Shown here piece by piece: positions 13,133 to 27,259 of a DNA stretch of 64,000 bases. The notes under the pieces are model-generated. The model made no database searches, was not told where the DNA came from, and saw nothing but the letters and a program-made list of their open reading frames with translations. Every line of letters begins with the position of its first letter. Position 1 is the first letter of the stretch. Made by a program: the position numbers and the translations under genes. Source of the DNA: Octopus vulgaris (lineage: Eukaryota); NCBI GenBank assembly GCA_951406725.2, contig OX597820.1, forward strand, positions 52,018,001-52,082,000. The letters are read 5' to 3'.

Positions 13133-14726
13133 ATGTAATTGAGATATGAACTAATTATGAAAAGTGTTGCTAAAACCACTCTTGCAACATAGCGATAACA
13201 TATATCAGACTTGACGGAAACTGGAAACTATTATATTTCTGGACCTTCGAAATAATGAAAACTTTGGGTATGCATGTTTAACACGCACTGATTAGTTATC
13301 AATTTCAGTGTCAAGCGTAGTATTTAGAACTCTTATCAAAACTGAGAATGAAATATTTTGGTGTGTATAGTTACTTGTGGTGTGAAATAGATGTTGTTTG
13401 GCTCTGACAAATAAACTGGACAATGGTTACCTGCCAAGATATGTGGAAGGAAAAGCTTTATACAGTAAAGATTATGTTTTACAAAAGGTGTAGAGTGCTA
13501 CTCTAGTTTGTAATAAGGTTAATCAATTACAGAAAAAGTATATTGTCAAGAAATCGACAGTATGCATGGAAATCGGAAATAAAAATAGCCAACACTGATT
13601 AACAAATATATAAAAATTGTGCTGCATGGCGTGTCTTGACCACATACTTCTCAAATACTCTTTTGAATTTAACAGGGCTAGAATATAAAATTCCACTGCA
13701 TCTACTTATTCACCTGACAACTTCCCAGCGTATATTACTTTTCAAATGCTTCGAATAGTTAATTTGTAATAAAAGTTACGAGAAACAAGAAATTATAGTT
13801 AAAACATTCAACCACTTATGAGTCTCAGAAAATGAAACTATTTTTTTTTATACTTAAATATATTGACATTAAAATAATGTATGAAAAAAGAAAACCACTG
13901 AACGATAGATTAAATACTTTTCTTAATACATTAGTCTTCTCTGTGTGGTTCTTTTTTTTTTTTGAGGTTTTTTCAAAAAACAGTTTTATGATACATATTC
14001 ACGTTTGAGTAGACATGCTTAGGGAAACACAAACTCACACACATGTATGCATATGTCTGTCTAGATGTATACGTGCATCTATGTATAGCAAGGAAGCGAC
14101 TTTTACATAAACACATGTAACAATGAAGTTGCACGTATATGTACAGAGAGAAAGCACACATATTTACATTGTTGCCATGAGGGACATATAAGCATATATT
14201 GAACAAAATTAAAAGTGTGTTTAACAATATCACCGAAAAAGTGCTTTGACTTTGATTTGGTGAAACACTATTCTACCGCTTGACGTTAGCAATGTAATCC
14301 ATCTTTGGGGTTCGCATGATATTTATCGCTTAGTTCGGCAGGTTCCTATCTGAAAGGACTACTGCTTTGTTTGTATATACACAGACACGCGCACTCTTAT
14401 ATATTTATAACAATTAGGATGTGCCATTTGCCGTAGTCCATCAAATAAATTCATCACCCGTTATATATATAGAAAGATAGATAGATAGATGTATAGACAG
14501 ACAGACAGACAGACAGAAAGATATACAAAATACGCAGACACACCTACACGCGCGAATACATGCTTACGTACATACATATATGCTCACATCCAGGCAATTA
14601 CGCACAAAAATTTAAATTGTTCTTGCATGTTTCTTTGTGAATTTGTTCATGCTACTGCCATCATGGATGTTGTTGTTGTTGTTCGTGACGATGTTCCAGC
14701 CATTTGCGATATACATATATATGCAT

Positions 14727-14761
<35 letters not shown>

Positions 14762-14762
14762 C

Positions 14763-15028
14763 TATATAAAAATATTCGTGGGTAAATCTGTAACAATGCG
14801 AAATAAATCCAAGGTAAATCACGAGAAAAAAGGCATATGAATTAATGCACTCAATATTTCAGCGTATGTTGCAGGTGTACTGCATCATTCGCTAATTCCT
14901 GAAGAGGAGGTCATAAACCTCAAATATTAAATTCAGTGTAAGTCTCCATTAATTCATATGCCCGTTTTCTTGTGATTTGCCTTGGATTTATTTCGCATTG
15001 TACCGGCCTTCCCCACGAATTTTATATA
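14763..15028 (+). mobile_element. Probable decayed PLE pLTR fragment in (TA)n with short inverted ends
   Basis: Ends tatataaaaatattcgtggg / cccacgaattttatata. Internal aattc-CTGAAGA-ggag...ctcc, but the GAAA half of a hammerhead is missing. Confidence 0.4.
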
Positions 15029-15142
15029 ATATATTCCACACAATGATTTATACTAACTATTCCATATATGTATATATATATGTATATATATATTTGTGTG
15101 TGTGTGCTGTGAGTGTATGTGTGTGTGTGCGTGCGTGTGCGT

Positions 15143-15187
<45 letters not shown>

Positions 15188-15649
15188 ATATATAAATGTG
15201 CGTACATGCACACAAACACAATTATTCACATTAAGGAAACAGAAACTCTCGTGGGATTCACGCGTTTTCCCTCAATTTTTGCTATGTCTCATGCTCGTAT
15301 ATTTCGCCCAAAGTCTTAAGGCTCCAATTATTGTTTTGTCGTGAATCAAACAAGATTTCTTCTGCTAATTACTAATCTAATTAAATCAACAGTAACCCGC
15401 TGTAGATAATTCAAGAAGAATTTTCAAAACGTATATTTATTTCGTTGCTATCACAGCAAGAGATTCATATCTTGCATTAAATTCATTACAGTGAAAATCA
15501 ATTTCCGTCCAGCTCCTTCATGCATTGGTGATTATAATTAGTTAGTCATGTGGTAGACCGGACGTAGGCATGGCGTAAATTATACAATTCTATACGCACA
15601 AATTTCTTCCATGTGTTTCGACGAAATGCATACCTCTGTTGCACACTAT

Positions 15650-16130
15650 TTTCAAAGATCAAAGCAAATAATTGACAGAAAACCTCCCACAAGTCTAAGA
15701 GGAAATCTAATCAAATTGGGAAGCCTGATATAACAGATATAGATGAATGAAACTGTTCTAGGAAAATGTTTTAACGGAGAAATTTAAGAACAACTTGAGA
15801 ACAATGCAGATTGTAATAATCCGTAAAAGTTGTACTTCAACAAGAATTAAGAGGATGCATGTTAAATCGTTAGGGGTATTCTAGAAATAATTTTCCAGCG
15901 AACAACATATGAAACTTTGTATTAAATATGACATAATTGACTGAAGTAACCCACTGGGCAATCGTTCATTTTGGAGAATAAACATATAATTAAAAATGAA
16001 ACGGCCTTTGTACTAATTATCTGAAGCATACGACTCTTGAAAACAATTTAATCACGGAAATTCAACAGAACAAGGGACATGATTAATTACGTTAGATATA
16101 TAGAGAAGCAAAATATTTAGAAGTATGGTA
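15650..16130 (+). mobile_element. Possible highly decayed hAT (ZMYM1/DUF4371-like) transposase relic
   Basis: Interrupted peptides GILEIIF and NYLKHTTLENNLI resemble GNFLGLLELL and TYLSHxIQNELI. Many stops. Confidence 0.3.
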
Positions 16131-16662
16131 ACAATAAGAAATCGCAATAAGATTGTTAAAGCATGAAGTGAGAGAGATTTGATTCTCTCTGTTGGCAGGT
16201 ATGTTTCTCCCTCTCACTTGATATTATTGTATCTCTCTCAATATATATATATATATATACATACATATATATATAATGCATGTTAGGTTTCACGAAATGA
16301 CATACAAAATTAATTATTCGTTTATTAAAATTATTTCCCCATCTGCAGGAGTTGAACCTTCGGTTAGTGATAATTGATATAGACTCAAAATGAGGAGAGG
16401 ATATACATTATGTAGTCTCACTGTAACACTTGTTTGCTCCTTGCAACTCTTCATAAGCACCAATCTTATCATGCACACATTTATGTACAACGTAATTCGA
16501 TTGAATAAAGTGAATATTTGGTAAGATAAATGATGTACAATGGTACATAGAGCATATATTTGAATAACACATATGGATAAAATTAAATTTATTAGAGAAG
16601 CTGCATTTTGTTTCGTTATTTCCCCCTTTAACTAAGTATTTATCTTACATATTGCTTGTTTC

Positions 16663-17938
16663 TTACCACCTTCTTCCTGACCTATACTCCCATCCACTAT
16701 CCCAGTTCCTCGTTTAAATTTTCTTTGTAGTCGTAACACTGTCTTTCACTAGGCTCGTCAAAGCATATGGCCCAATTGTGTAAAGTCTAATATCTTCTTT
16801 TGTTGTCTTATGCCATCTTTTGAATAATTATTTTGCAATGAAATACTTATTGTAGAGTGACATTTTGAACACCCTATATATGAGAATTTGTTTGAGTTGT
16901 TTTTTAAATGTTGCAATAGATTTATTCAAATGGCAAACGGTTTTTGCTTATCGATAGTAAACATAAAAGTGTGTAGGAGAGTTTAAAGTTACAAAGTAAA
17001 ATTCAGAAAATATGTTTAAGCAATAAACTGGTCACATGTCAGAAGAAATTTCAGTGGGCTTCACAGGGAAGATACCTATAAATATTTGATGAAGATCATA
17101 ATAAATATACAAGATTCACAGTTCCGTCATGTTGTGTCTTTTTTCTTTAATGGGGAAAGAAAAAGAAAAAGGTTTCTTTTAATAATTTCTGTCGTGGTGC
17201 TTGTAGTTCTTTGCTCAATTTTATTCGAAATGCATGGGTCTCTTCACCTGGTTCGCTTGTTAGACCTCGAAATGTTAATAAGTGCAAGTCTTATGTTTTC
17301 ATAATAAAGAATCAAATTTTGAATGGTTGTAACTTTGATTACACCCTTTGCGTTTCTGCTGGATCTTTTGGTCAAAATGTCTTTGTTTTGACAAATTCCA
17401 GTGTCCTTGTTATTTGGCTTCTTGATGGCATCACTTGTGTGTCGAAGGGTCTCATTCTTTCTTGACCAAAGGCAAGGAGCGATTCTGACTTTTTGTAAGT
17501 TTCGTTATGACCACTGTTTTCCATTTTGAACAAACTATTTTTTCTGGCAAAATTCAGAGTTCTGCTTAGTTGAATTCCTGGTAGGGACTCGGTAACGTGG
17601 TTTTGCTTCATGATCACCTGGAGTTCTATTCGGTTGGGTCCTTAAATAGTCACTAGTTCGATCGGCTCGCTCCATGTTTATTTGTTTGTTTTTTTTTCCT
17701 GGGAATCCGGTTTGGCCAGAAAAAAATTCCATTGGTTTAGTCAGAGGTGATTTCAGCATGTGGTTTTTGAGTAGGTGTATGTGGTATAAGCCCAACGACT
17801 CTTAAACCCGTCCCCAACTTGGTTTTTACCACCTTCCACCTGACCTATACTCCCATCTACTATCCCAGTTCCTCTTTTACGTTTTCTTTGTAAGCGTAAC
17901 AATGTCTTTCAGTAAGCGTCGTCAAAACATATAGCCCA
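16663..17938. repeat. ~112-bp diverged direct repeats (16663-16774 / 17826-17938) flanking ~1.05 kb
   Basis: ttaccaccttc..cctgacctatactcccatc.actatcccagttcctc...cgtaaca.tgtctttca...cgtcaaa.catat.gccca is present at both positions. Confidence 0.8.
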
Positions 17939-19881
17939 TCCTTTCTGCCGACTTTGTAACTCACCAATGCTTATCTTATCGTCCTTCTCCCGTGCTTGTA
18001 ACGTTCATCCCATCTCAGTTTTCTCACTACGCTCTCAGAATTTCCTATACCACCGCATCTTCTTTCTATTATCTACTATCCAACACGCTACTACCTACAA
18101 TGTACTTCTCACCACCTCTGTATCTGTCCTTCTGTCTGTGTGTATATTCGCATATACTATCATGATCATATGTGCAAATGTGAGTATGCGTGCCGGAATA
18201 CTAGTTTAAAATAGTAGCTCTATAAACGTATTCTACTCTAAAATGTTTCTAAGACATGGCAATTCGTTTTAAAACGAAAGAACATTTTTTAGACATACTT
18301 AATAAAGCATATTTCTTAAAATATATGCGTACTAAATTGTCAAGTAATCTAATATTATTATAAGGGTTATGACTTTTATATGTACTAAAAAATATATTGC
18401 ATATATCTCATTCCTATACTCACCAGACTGATCGAAACTCGTCCATCTATGAAAGGTACAATAGATAAATATAAAGTGCTTAACCTCTGAACAAAAACTA
18501 AAAATGTATGACATAATGGAATTGGAATTTTCTCGAAAACGAAATATATTCGAGAATTATGGACGTGAAAGTAATTGATTAGAAATTGCAGTTTCCAGTT
18601 TGTAACATGGAATGGAATCACTGTCAAAAAAAAGGCGGAAAATTCAAAGAAGATTATACACTTCATTATCAAAAGAATTTATGAAAGACAATTGCGGTGA
18701 ATTAATGTACCTCTAATCTTTAGATCATACGGATTTTCAGATTCAATACCAATTGTTAAATTGAAAAAGGACCTATTAAAAGCAGTATATTAATTTAACT
18801 TAATATTTCTTACACTAATGAAACAAAAGTGAATATTCAGTTTTAAACAACATGAATGTTTGTATTAGTTACTGTTTCAGGGTGAATCCCCCTATGGTTT
18901 CCTCGGATTACTCAGCATTTAAAGGTATCTACAATGATTAGTTATTACTTGTATACACTAATGTTTGAACCCTGAGTTGACTGCTACCTATAGTTTGACG
19001 CCGAAGCTTTTATAAGGAAATGTGGTATATTCATATAGTAGATATAATTTAAGTTTCATCACGTTAGTCGTTGCCATTGCATCCTTTTGCCTTCCCATGA
19101 CAATCTATGTTGCTCTTCTAGCTTACTTTATTCCATTGTGTTCTTTTATGAAACAATTATAATATTTGCTTGTTTAGAAATGGTATATAAGCTTCATTTT
19201 AAGTGTTAAAAAACCATTAATTTCATTCTAGTAAAAAATAATGATATTTTACAGAAATGACTACCAGTGGTATATTGTTTTCGATGATTGAATTTACATT
19301 GTAAATCAATATATCTGTTACTTTTAAAATCATGTGCAACGTTGTCCTGCTCCATCCCTGTCGACGTCTAAATTATTCTCAGTGAGGTACCACATAGAAA
19401 GAATTAAGTTATACATTATAGTGATTTATAGATAGTAAAGTATATTATAAAACGATATTGAAATCAGATTATTTAATCTTAGAAAGCACAGATTTTACTT
19501 GAAGAAATTAACCAGATGTGATGGCAGCGATATTACATAATTTCATGATGAAAGCGTAAGAGGAACTTGCGATCTTCCTTAACATTATTAAAAGAACTCC
19601 TATATTATGTTGCGTCCACGGTCACCAAACTGTATATTAACTTTCAATTCTATCTTAAATATTTCAGAAGTAGTAGGAGCGGTAAATCTCTCTAGAGTAT
19701 TATACACAGTAAATTAAGCCACGAGATGCTAATATATTTACATATGTTCGTGAATATATTTGGCGAACCAGATTTAGAGATCATTAACACTAATTTACGA
19801 AACAATTTCTGTTCATCAAAGACTGTTAATTTTTTCAAAAATCTGATCTTTTTTTATTTTATGTAGCTTGTATGTGAGGCT

Positions 19882-19941
<60 letters not shown>

Positions 19942-19977
19942 CATATATGTGTGTATGTATGCATATATATATATTTA

Positions 19978-20029
<52 letters not shown>

Positions 20030-20043
20030 TATGTGTGTATGTA

Positions 20044-20078
<35 letters not shown>

Positions 20079-21056
20079 GCGCGCAGGTGAATGTTAATGT
20101 TATTTGTGTAGTACTATCAAAGAGATACTGGAATATAAATTTTAATTATCATGTTTCACCTCAGCTAAATTTTATTAGAAACTTAGAAATAGGCCCTATT
20201 AATATAATTGTTTAAATTAGAATCTCTTTTATAATATTTTCCTCTCTCGGTTGGGATTTAATCATGCAAATATTAGTACGAATAACTAATGTCCTTTCAA
20301 GGTGTCGTCTGTATATAAATTTATCAGTCGTACTTTCAGAAATACGATTTTCTATTTATGAAAGCAAATCGTTGTTGCCCAAATTTAGTCGATGATTACA
20401 AATGGCAATAATTTTTTTCTAGTTGATAGAAGTAGAAAATAATGGAAAAATAAAAACACGACACGGAGGGGTAAATTGTAAAAGTGACTCTATGTTAAAC
20501 TAGGGATGAAAGGAAAGATAGAATGGTTACGGGTTAGTGGGAATCGAGTGACTAGAATCAAATGATAGTCGATTAGATTGAAATGTATTGATAATATGGT
20601 GCAGAAATTTGCGACCGTCGGATTTCAATATAAGAGGATTATGCAAAATGGAATGAAGTATTGAATAAATGATTTTCGGAAGTGTATCATTTACAGATCT
20701 CATTTTTCTCACTAAAGACATATGTGCAGAAGATTTTGCTGCTCTATCTTTTGACAAAATAAAATTTAACAAAATGTGTGTTTATATGAGTGTGTGTGTT
20801 TGGAGGGGGTTGGGAAGTGTGTTAATGTTTCTGTTTTATAATTGCATTTTCACTTTGGAATGTTAAGGAATTCGGGATACATTTGGTATTTAAAACCGAA
20901 ACACTAGACTAAAGAAGTGTCTTTCTCACAGAGTACGATTACTTGCAATAGTGGATGTACCGACACTGCAAATAATATTACTGCGTCCACTGCTACACTG
21001 TTCTCTTTTCGAAACACAGATATGAAAATGATATCGCGATTCATACTACCTTTCCA

Positions 21057-21057
<1 letters not shown>

Positions 21058-21090
<33 letters not shown>

Positions 21091-21156
21091 GTATAGTGGG
21101 AGGAGGTGAAGGAGAAGGAGGTAGAAGAGCAGCAGCAGTAGTAGTAGTAGTAGTAA

Positions 21157-21200
<44 letters not shown>

Positions 21201-21269
21201 TAGGGGAGGAGGTGAAGGAGAAGGAGGTAGAAGAGCAGCAGCAGTAGTAGTAGTAGTAATAGTAGTAGC

Positions 21270-21305
<36 letters not shown>

Positions 21306-21334
21306 GGTGGTGGTGGTGTTAGTAGTAGTAGTAG
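21058..21334. repeat. Compound (GTA)n/(GTG)n microsatellite with a duplicated purine-rich block
   Basis: ggaggaggtgaaggagaaggaggtagaagagcagcagcag occurs twice inside (GTA)n. Confidence 0.95.
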
Positions 21335-22261
21335 CTTCTCTGTTTTTGTTTTTTTTGCCCTCCAACACTTGGTGATATGTCTTGGTTACATTTCTGCTTA
21401 GTCACAGCGTTTGGCAAAAATTGAAATATAGAATACGTACGACTCTGAGAGTGATATGGATTAAGCGCCACAAGGTTGTTCCCGCCATAATCACAGGCCT
21501 ATAACTGAACTATGTAAATACATTATAGACTAATACGCGTATCCATCAATAATTTAAAATCCTACTATATACTATTAGTTCATATTTGTATCCTGTGTGA
21601 GTTTGTTCCCCAATCTACATTTTTATATTGCATATTAATACATTTCATTGTACTGAATTACTTTATATGATATTACGTTACTCTGAGTTACATTATTTTA
21701 CATTGTGTGATATATAATATGCTATTGCTCAACATTACGTTTACATTTATTTCATAGGTACCATATAGTGCTTTTTTTATGTTTTCTTATTTATTAAAAT
21801 ATTTTGTGAGCATCACGTATATTGACATAATATGTAATGTATTTACTATATGCAGAAATATATATTATCTTAAGCATCAAAATGTACTGAATTTAATAAA
21901 AAAAATATGTTATGCCATTTGCTTCTTTTGAAAGCTTGTATCTGTATTTGATTATTTACGTGTTCCTATATGAAAGTAACTGTAAATATATTATTTCGCA
22001 TTTATATATGAATATACGTATCAATAGTTACGAGAATTGTATATTCCAAGTACACGTGCACACACAGACACACTCATGTCTACATACATATTATTTGTAA
22101 GTATATGTAATATATATTTATATTTGCGCATGTATTGTGTATACTATATAATTTATTCTCTTTTTCTGTATTATTATATCTACTTTTACTCTTTATTTTT
22201 CTAATTTGTTCCTTATCAACTGTGAATTTCCTTATCTAGAACTTTCATACTTACTCACTCT

Positions 22262-22337
22262 GTTTCTGATGAGGGAATACTCAGTGCACGGACATGCTAG
22301 CCTATTAATTGGGATATCCCAGAAACAGCTGTAAGAC
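22262..22337 (+). ncRNA. Type-I hammerhead ribozyme in a PLE-like pLTR fragment
   Basis: gttt-CTGATGA-gggaata...tatccc-a-GAAA-cagctg-TA-agac: palindromic stem III ACAGCTGT, GUA triplet, short stem I with one G-U pair. Confidence 0.7.
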
Positions 22338-22730
22338 TTCAAGTTTACGTTACCCTAACTAAGTTATTCTAAATAACTTGATATATTCGTTCTCCCTTAG
22401 CTTTTGTTGTCCTTTTTCCTCTGCTGTGAACGTGGAAACTAACGGATGACCAACTGGAGCACTTATCGTACCTATTCCTTTAGTTCACCAGTAAACTAAG
22501 CTCCACATATTCCTTACTATGTATATATATACATATAATATTATCAATAAATACAATGGGTAAAATAATAAAGGGTAAAAGGTTCACTGGCGGCTATTTC
22601 CAAACTTCGGTATGTGGTAAAGCAAATCTTTGCTGAACCCTAATTACAATATATATATATATATGACCGCGTGTGTATCGTTGGCGATTTTTTCCTCCGT
22701 CTTCCCATCCTTGGATCTTTCCTTTTCCTT

Positions 22731-22768
22731 TGTTTCTAACGAAGAGCTCCGCTCGAAACGTCGAATCC
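22731..22768 (+). ncRNA. Degenerate minimal hammerhead (G5A core substitution) in a PLE-like fragment
   Basis: CTAACGA-a-gagc(tcc)gctc-GAAA-cg-TC: stem II perfect, stem III palindrome ACGT. The fragment is flanked by (TA)n. Confidence 0.6.
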
Positions 22769-23311
22769 ACTTCATTTCTTTCCTTTCCTGAGCGTCCTAA
22801 AAACACTATACTTGTTCCACGTCCTCGCGTTGTAGTGTTTTTGTGTTTCCATGTTTGGATTAACTATATATATGTATATATATATATATACACATACATA
22901 GGTGCAAGCAAACACGCTCACGCGCGAGCACACACCACTATGCATACATACGTGTATACATACGTACACACACACACACACATATGCAGGATAAGGAAAA
23001 AATATCACGAGACAGTGAAGAGATTTTGTTATCAGTGGCACAGATTTCAGAAGTGATGGACAGGCTTGTATGTAAGATATCATCTTTAAAAGAGAGGGGT
23101 GTACAAGTGTAGGGAAATAGGTTCTCGCCTGAGATTTTAATCGGATTAAAGTATTAAATAGTATGATAAAATGTCTATCCGTTAACCTATTATTTTCTCA
23201 TTCAACCTACAAGCATTGTCAGAATTGTGATATATACAGCAATACAAGGATACGTTAATTACATACTACATATACATATACACATATTAATACATATACA
23301 TTATATTATAT

Positions 23312-23367
<56 letters not shown>

Positions 23368-23559
23368 CATGCATGCACAAATATATGTATATAAATATGT
23401 TTCAAATTTGTTTAAGGCAGACATTCTGAATATGGAAATAAAGCTATTTTTTCATTCTGGCAGTTACAGTCTATTTATGCTGACTAGTTAACCAGTTTTG
23501 ACGGCTACATCGAACTGTATCGAAAAAATGTAGGTTAGATATAATAATAGGAACAATAA

Positions 23560-24000
23560 TCCTTGGATGAAATTCATAAACGGTTAATGTATCTCTACAT
23601 TTAATGCAACACTGCATTTAATCGCCACATTTGATGCATCGCAACATTCACATGTCTCTTAAGATCACAGTCCATATTCCTGAGTTGATTACAGTGTAGA
23701 CTGTTGCAGTGAAAACGTACTTCCCTTCATACATGACAAAGTGGTTTATAAAGTCAGGCAGTCAGTTGTCGCAGAATATCAGTAGCAGTAGAGTCGTTGT
23801 ACGAACTCTCAGATGGAATCAGTGTCAGTTACGCGATGTATACGAGTTACCGTCAAGGTAGAGGTTTCAAATTCATTGTCTTGCAGAGTTATCAGCGATA
23901 GCATGATAGATGAGTCAAAGATAATAAGGTGCGGAATACCGCCACATCACAATAATGGGAGCAGATTATTATATGCCGTTAATAACACACGTAGTGGACG
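23560..24000 (-). mobile_element. Possible ancient RTE-clade LINE RT relic
   Basis: Minus-strand peptide TRIHRVTDTDSI resembles the RTE SRRxPAxxxTDTDFADD region. Heavily decayed. Confidence 0.3.
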
Positions 24001-24207
24001 AAGATCTACAATATAACAGTCGCGACGGTGATATAAAAAAATTCACGCGGAAGGCGTTGAAAAATTGTTTGACGTGGAGAAATTTAAAAATCGACAGACG
24101 AGTAACAAACATTATCGTTGTAAATATTTTAACAAAAATCCGTAAGAGTATGGAAAACTTATTAACGGGTCTATTTGAGTTGCAAAAACAGCAACAGCAA
24201 CAACTGT

Positions 24208-24398
24208 GGAGGCGAAATGGCCCAGTGGTTAGGGTAGCAGACTCGCGGTTGTAAGAATGCGGTTTCGATTCTCAGACTGGGCATTGTGAGTTTTTATTGA
24301 ACAAAAACACCTACGTTCCACGAGGATCCGGCGGGTGGGGTGGTGAACTCCGCAGTACTCTTTCACCACAATTTTCTCTCACTCTTTCTTCCTACTTC
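24208..24398 (+). mobile_element. tRNA-derived SINE, 3'-interrupted by the LTR element
   Basis: ggaggcgaaaTGGCCCAGTGGttagg (A box) ... GGTTTCGATTC (B box) followed by a non-tRNA body. Confidence 0.8.
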
Positions 24399-26200
24399 TG
24401 CCACAAACCTGAGGAACTATGGTGTAAACCAAGATGGTTTGGTAAACTTTCAGACCCATTCTAGATTGCCAATCCTCTGTACCCTAGGATGGTTCGGCTC
24501 TCCATCCGTTAAAAGACACCGTTTACGGAATGAGGATACCAACGTAGCTTTTGCGCCCGTGCAACCGCCAGACTATCGCGTGTGGTGGGTGGATCTTCAA
24601 GTTGCCACACGCATTCTTAGTAGCTTAGAATAGGCTCGAATTAAAGATTATTCTTTGTGTCTAATGGCGTGAGTCCTGATTGGAAGAAGAAGACACGAAC
24701 AACTCAAATAACAACAAGAGCAATAGCAAATTCTAGAGCAACAAATACTTCAACTGGTAAAGTTGGTAGCAAAACCGGAAAATACGTTTTCGCCAGACCA
24801 TGTAGCAAATTCAATAAATGAATTTAAATATGACACGGCACAAGGAGTCACCTTCGAGGTATGTTATCGAAGATTTGAACAAATTTCGAAAACGAATTCC
24901 AAAACAGGACGAACGATGTGAAAACGCTTCTAATTCTGTGAAAACTGGTGATCATAGAGCATGAAAAATCCTGTAACTTTATATTGCCTAAAAAAGTTTC
25001 TGAAAAATTTCGCGGACACTATTGCCATTGTATATAAAACATTTAATGAAAAAAAAACATCGTTTTTCAGCATTTGAAGTGTTTGAAGACTCAGAAAAGC
25101 ATGACGAATAATTTACTAAATACGCAAGTAGAGTGAACAGAGAACGCGAGAGATTAAAATTGGATAAACTAACTCTTGACTGGTTCACGTGAATACATTT
25201 TTGCAGGGACTTATTGCTAAAAGGAACGCAGAAGTCAGAATAAAATGCCCTCAAAGCTGGAAATGAGCATTGATATAACTCTGCAGAAATTGTCAGAAGA
25301 GATCGATATGATATTAAAAGCAAGGCACCACACAGAAGAAATCTAAGGCACAGATTGTTTACAGATGGAACCAGTGTGGAAGAGTCAGAAGACGGATTAA
25401 GTGTTTCACAAAAACCGCGACATACAACAGATGATAAACTCAGGTATGTCATGCGATGTTTGGTACCTAAGACAAAATATCCATTCTTTTCGTTGTGGGA
25501 ACACAGGACACATTAAATCGAAAAATTGGACGAAATGAGAAAAAAAAAAAAAATTTGTCATCAGAGAAAAAAAAAGGGTTGTACAACGAACATAGAATTC
25601 ATCAAGGAGAGAATCGAAACCGCTAGTGTCAAAATGCAATTAGACACAGTTAGTGACATCACTATCATAAATGAAGAACTACAGAGATAAATCGGTATTA
25701 TTTAAATCGAATAACGCAGCATATTGTGTTATAGGAAGCAAATTATATTTCATCGGCGAATGTATTTGCATTCTGCGAGGTGAAACGAAATGGACAATCA
25801 TTTCCGTGTTGAAAAAAATCACTGAAGCTATTTCGTGCAGAATGGTATTATTTAAAATGCGGGATTTCCCCATTAGTGTTCTTTTTGAATGAAATCGAAC
25901 AACTGAGACAAAAATTGAAAGATTGTCTCCTAATTATTTTTTCTATTTTTTGCGAAAGATTAGGCTGGAGAACTAAAACAAAACAAAAAAAAACGAGTGT
26001 CACGATCAACACCCGTTTTTAAACCCAAAGGGAAGGTGCAGTTTGCAGCATTAGATCACGTAAATAAAGAGCTGGGAAGACTAGAATGTGTAGATATAAT
26101 TGAAAAAGTCGACCGGTCAAACTGTGCAACTCTGACGGTTTGTGTAAAGAAAAAAAAGTGTGTGTTCGGACTTTTCAACTGGATTAAATGAGTATTTAGT
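24399..26200 (+). mobile_element. Decayed Gypsy (K02A2.6-like) LTR retrotransposon: putative 5' LTR, PBS, gag, protease, start of RT
   Basis: TG-starting ~265-bp segment with ATTAAA, then a TGGCG PBS at 24665. gag FSPDHVANSINEFKYD; knuckle relic FRCGNTGH (~25490); protease KMQLDTVSDITIINEE (25631); RT PVFKPKGKVQFAALDHVNKELGRLE (26010). Confidence 0.88.
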
Positions 26201-26239
26201 TCCACAAAGAAGTGTTCCCTGACTGAGCATCAGATGCCG

Positions 26240-26720
26240 CTGTATTGTTCAGATTTAGAAACGATTGCCCCGTCCATGAAATGTAGTCAAACCTCTTCGT
26301 CATGCTTAAGATGATTAATAGCATGTGTGTCAATCTACTTGGACGTTTGCGTATTATACAGCGAACAGTATAACTAAGATATTCAAATTATTTACAGATG
26401 CTAAATCAAGAGGTTAGATCCGAACAAAAATTTGAAAACTGTGCATATTCAGGATTAGTTGACACATTTTTGTCAACTAATCATGTAATTGGTCAAGCGC
26501 ACTGAACAATGCGCTTCGTTCTAAGGCAAGGACTGTGTCTGGTGGATTTCGGCATCCGCCTTCCAACAAAATGCTCCTAGTGAAGGGCACAGTTGACTGA
26601 TATAATGATTTGAGATGGAGTTGACTAAAAAGAAGTCGACACTTGAAATTTTGAGAATGTTTTCAGGAGTTCAGTTCAGCGATGAAGCAATTCAAGCAAT
26701 TGCGGAAAGGCAACGATGAA
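26240..26720 (+). mobile_element. Possible hAT (Charlie-like) transposase relic
   Basis: ETIAPSM resembles TDGAPSM and GKGLCL resembles WLSKGxxL, in the expected order. Many disruptions. Confidence 0.3.
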
Positions 26721-27019
26721 TAGCAATTTTGTATAGAATAATAACTCTAGCGACAGTGTATAATTTGAAAAATTTGATTAAAATTAAAACCATTTTCGCA
26801 TTTCAGGCTCTAGAATTTCCAAATTATATTAATACATGGAATAATAATATTAATACATGGAAATCTATATCCTAAAATTTGTTATCAATTTTAACATGAG
26901 TCGGATGGGATTTTCTGATGGGAATGGTGTACAAAATGCATTGTATCCCAGATTCAATTAGATTACTTTCAAAATTTTTAAGATATAATCTTACAAATGT
27001 AATATACATAAATAAAATA

Positions 27020-27259
27020 AATGTTCCTTCTGGAGCCATGCCAGGCTCATAAGGGCTGGTTTCTCGGTTTAAGTGGCTTCGAAATTCCCCACCTGGACGG
27101 GACACTGGTCCGTCGCAGGATTACTCATTTTTGCCAACTGAGTGGACTGGATTAACGTGAAATTAAGTGTTTTGCTCAAGAACACAATGCATCGCCCTGT
27201 TCAGGAATCGAAACCACAACCTTACGATCAACACCCTAACAACCAAGCCACCCGCCTCC
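27020..27259 (-). mobile_element. tRNA-derived SINE
   Basis: Minus strand tggaggcgggtggcttggttgttagg...GGTTTCGATTCC...gtgttcttgagcaaaacactt...ccagtccactcag: A and B boxes plus a typical SINE core. Confidence 0.8.

Noticed and set aside
24208-24285. tRNA gene (also the heads near 27190-27259, 45488 and 52048)
   Set aside because: A and B boxes are present, but there is no complete cloverleaf and each runs into a SINE body.
24988-25639. Minus-strand ORFs of 154 and 77 aa
   Set aside because: Antisense shadows of the decayed Gypsy gag.
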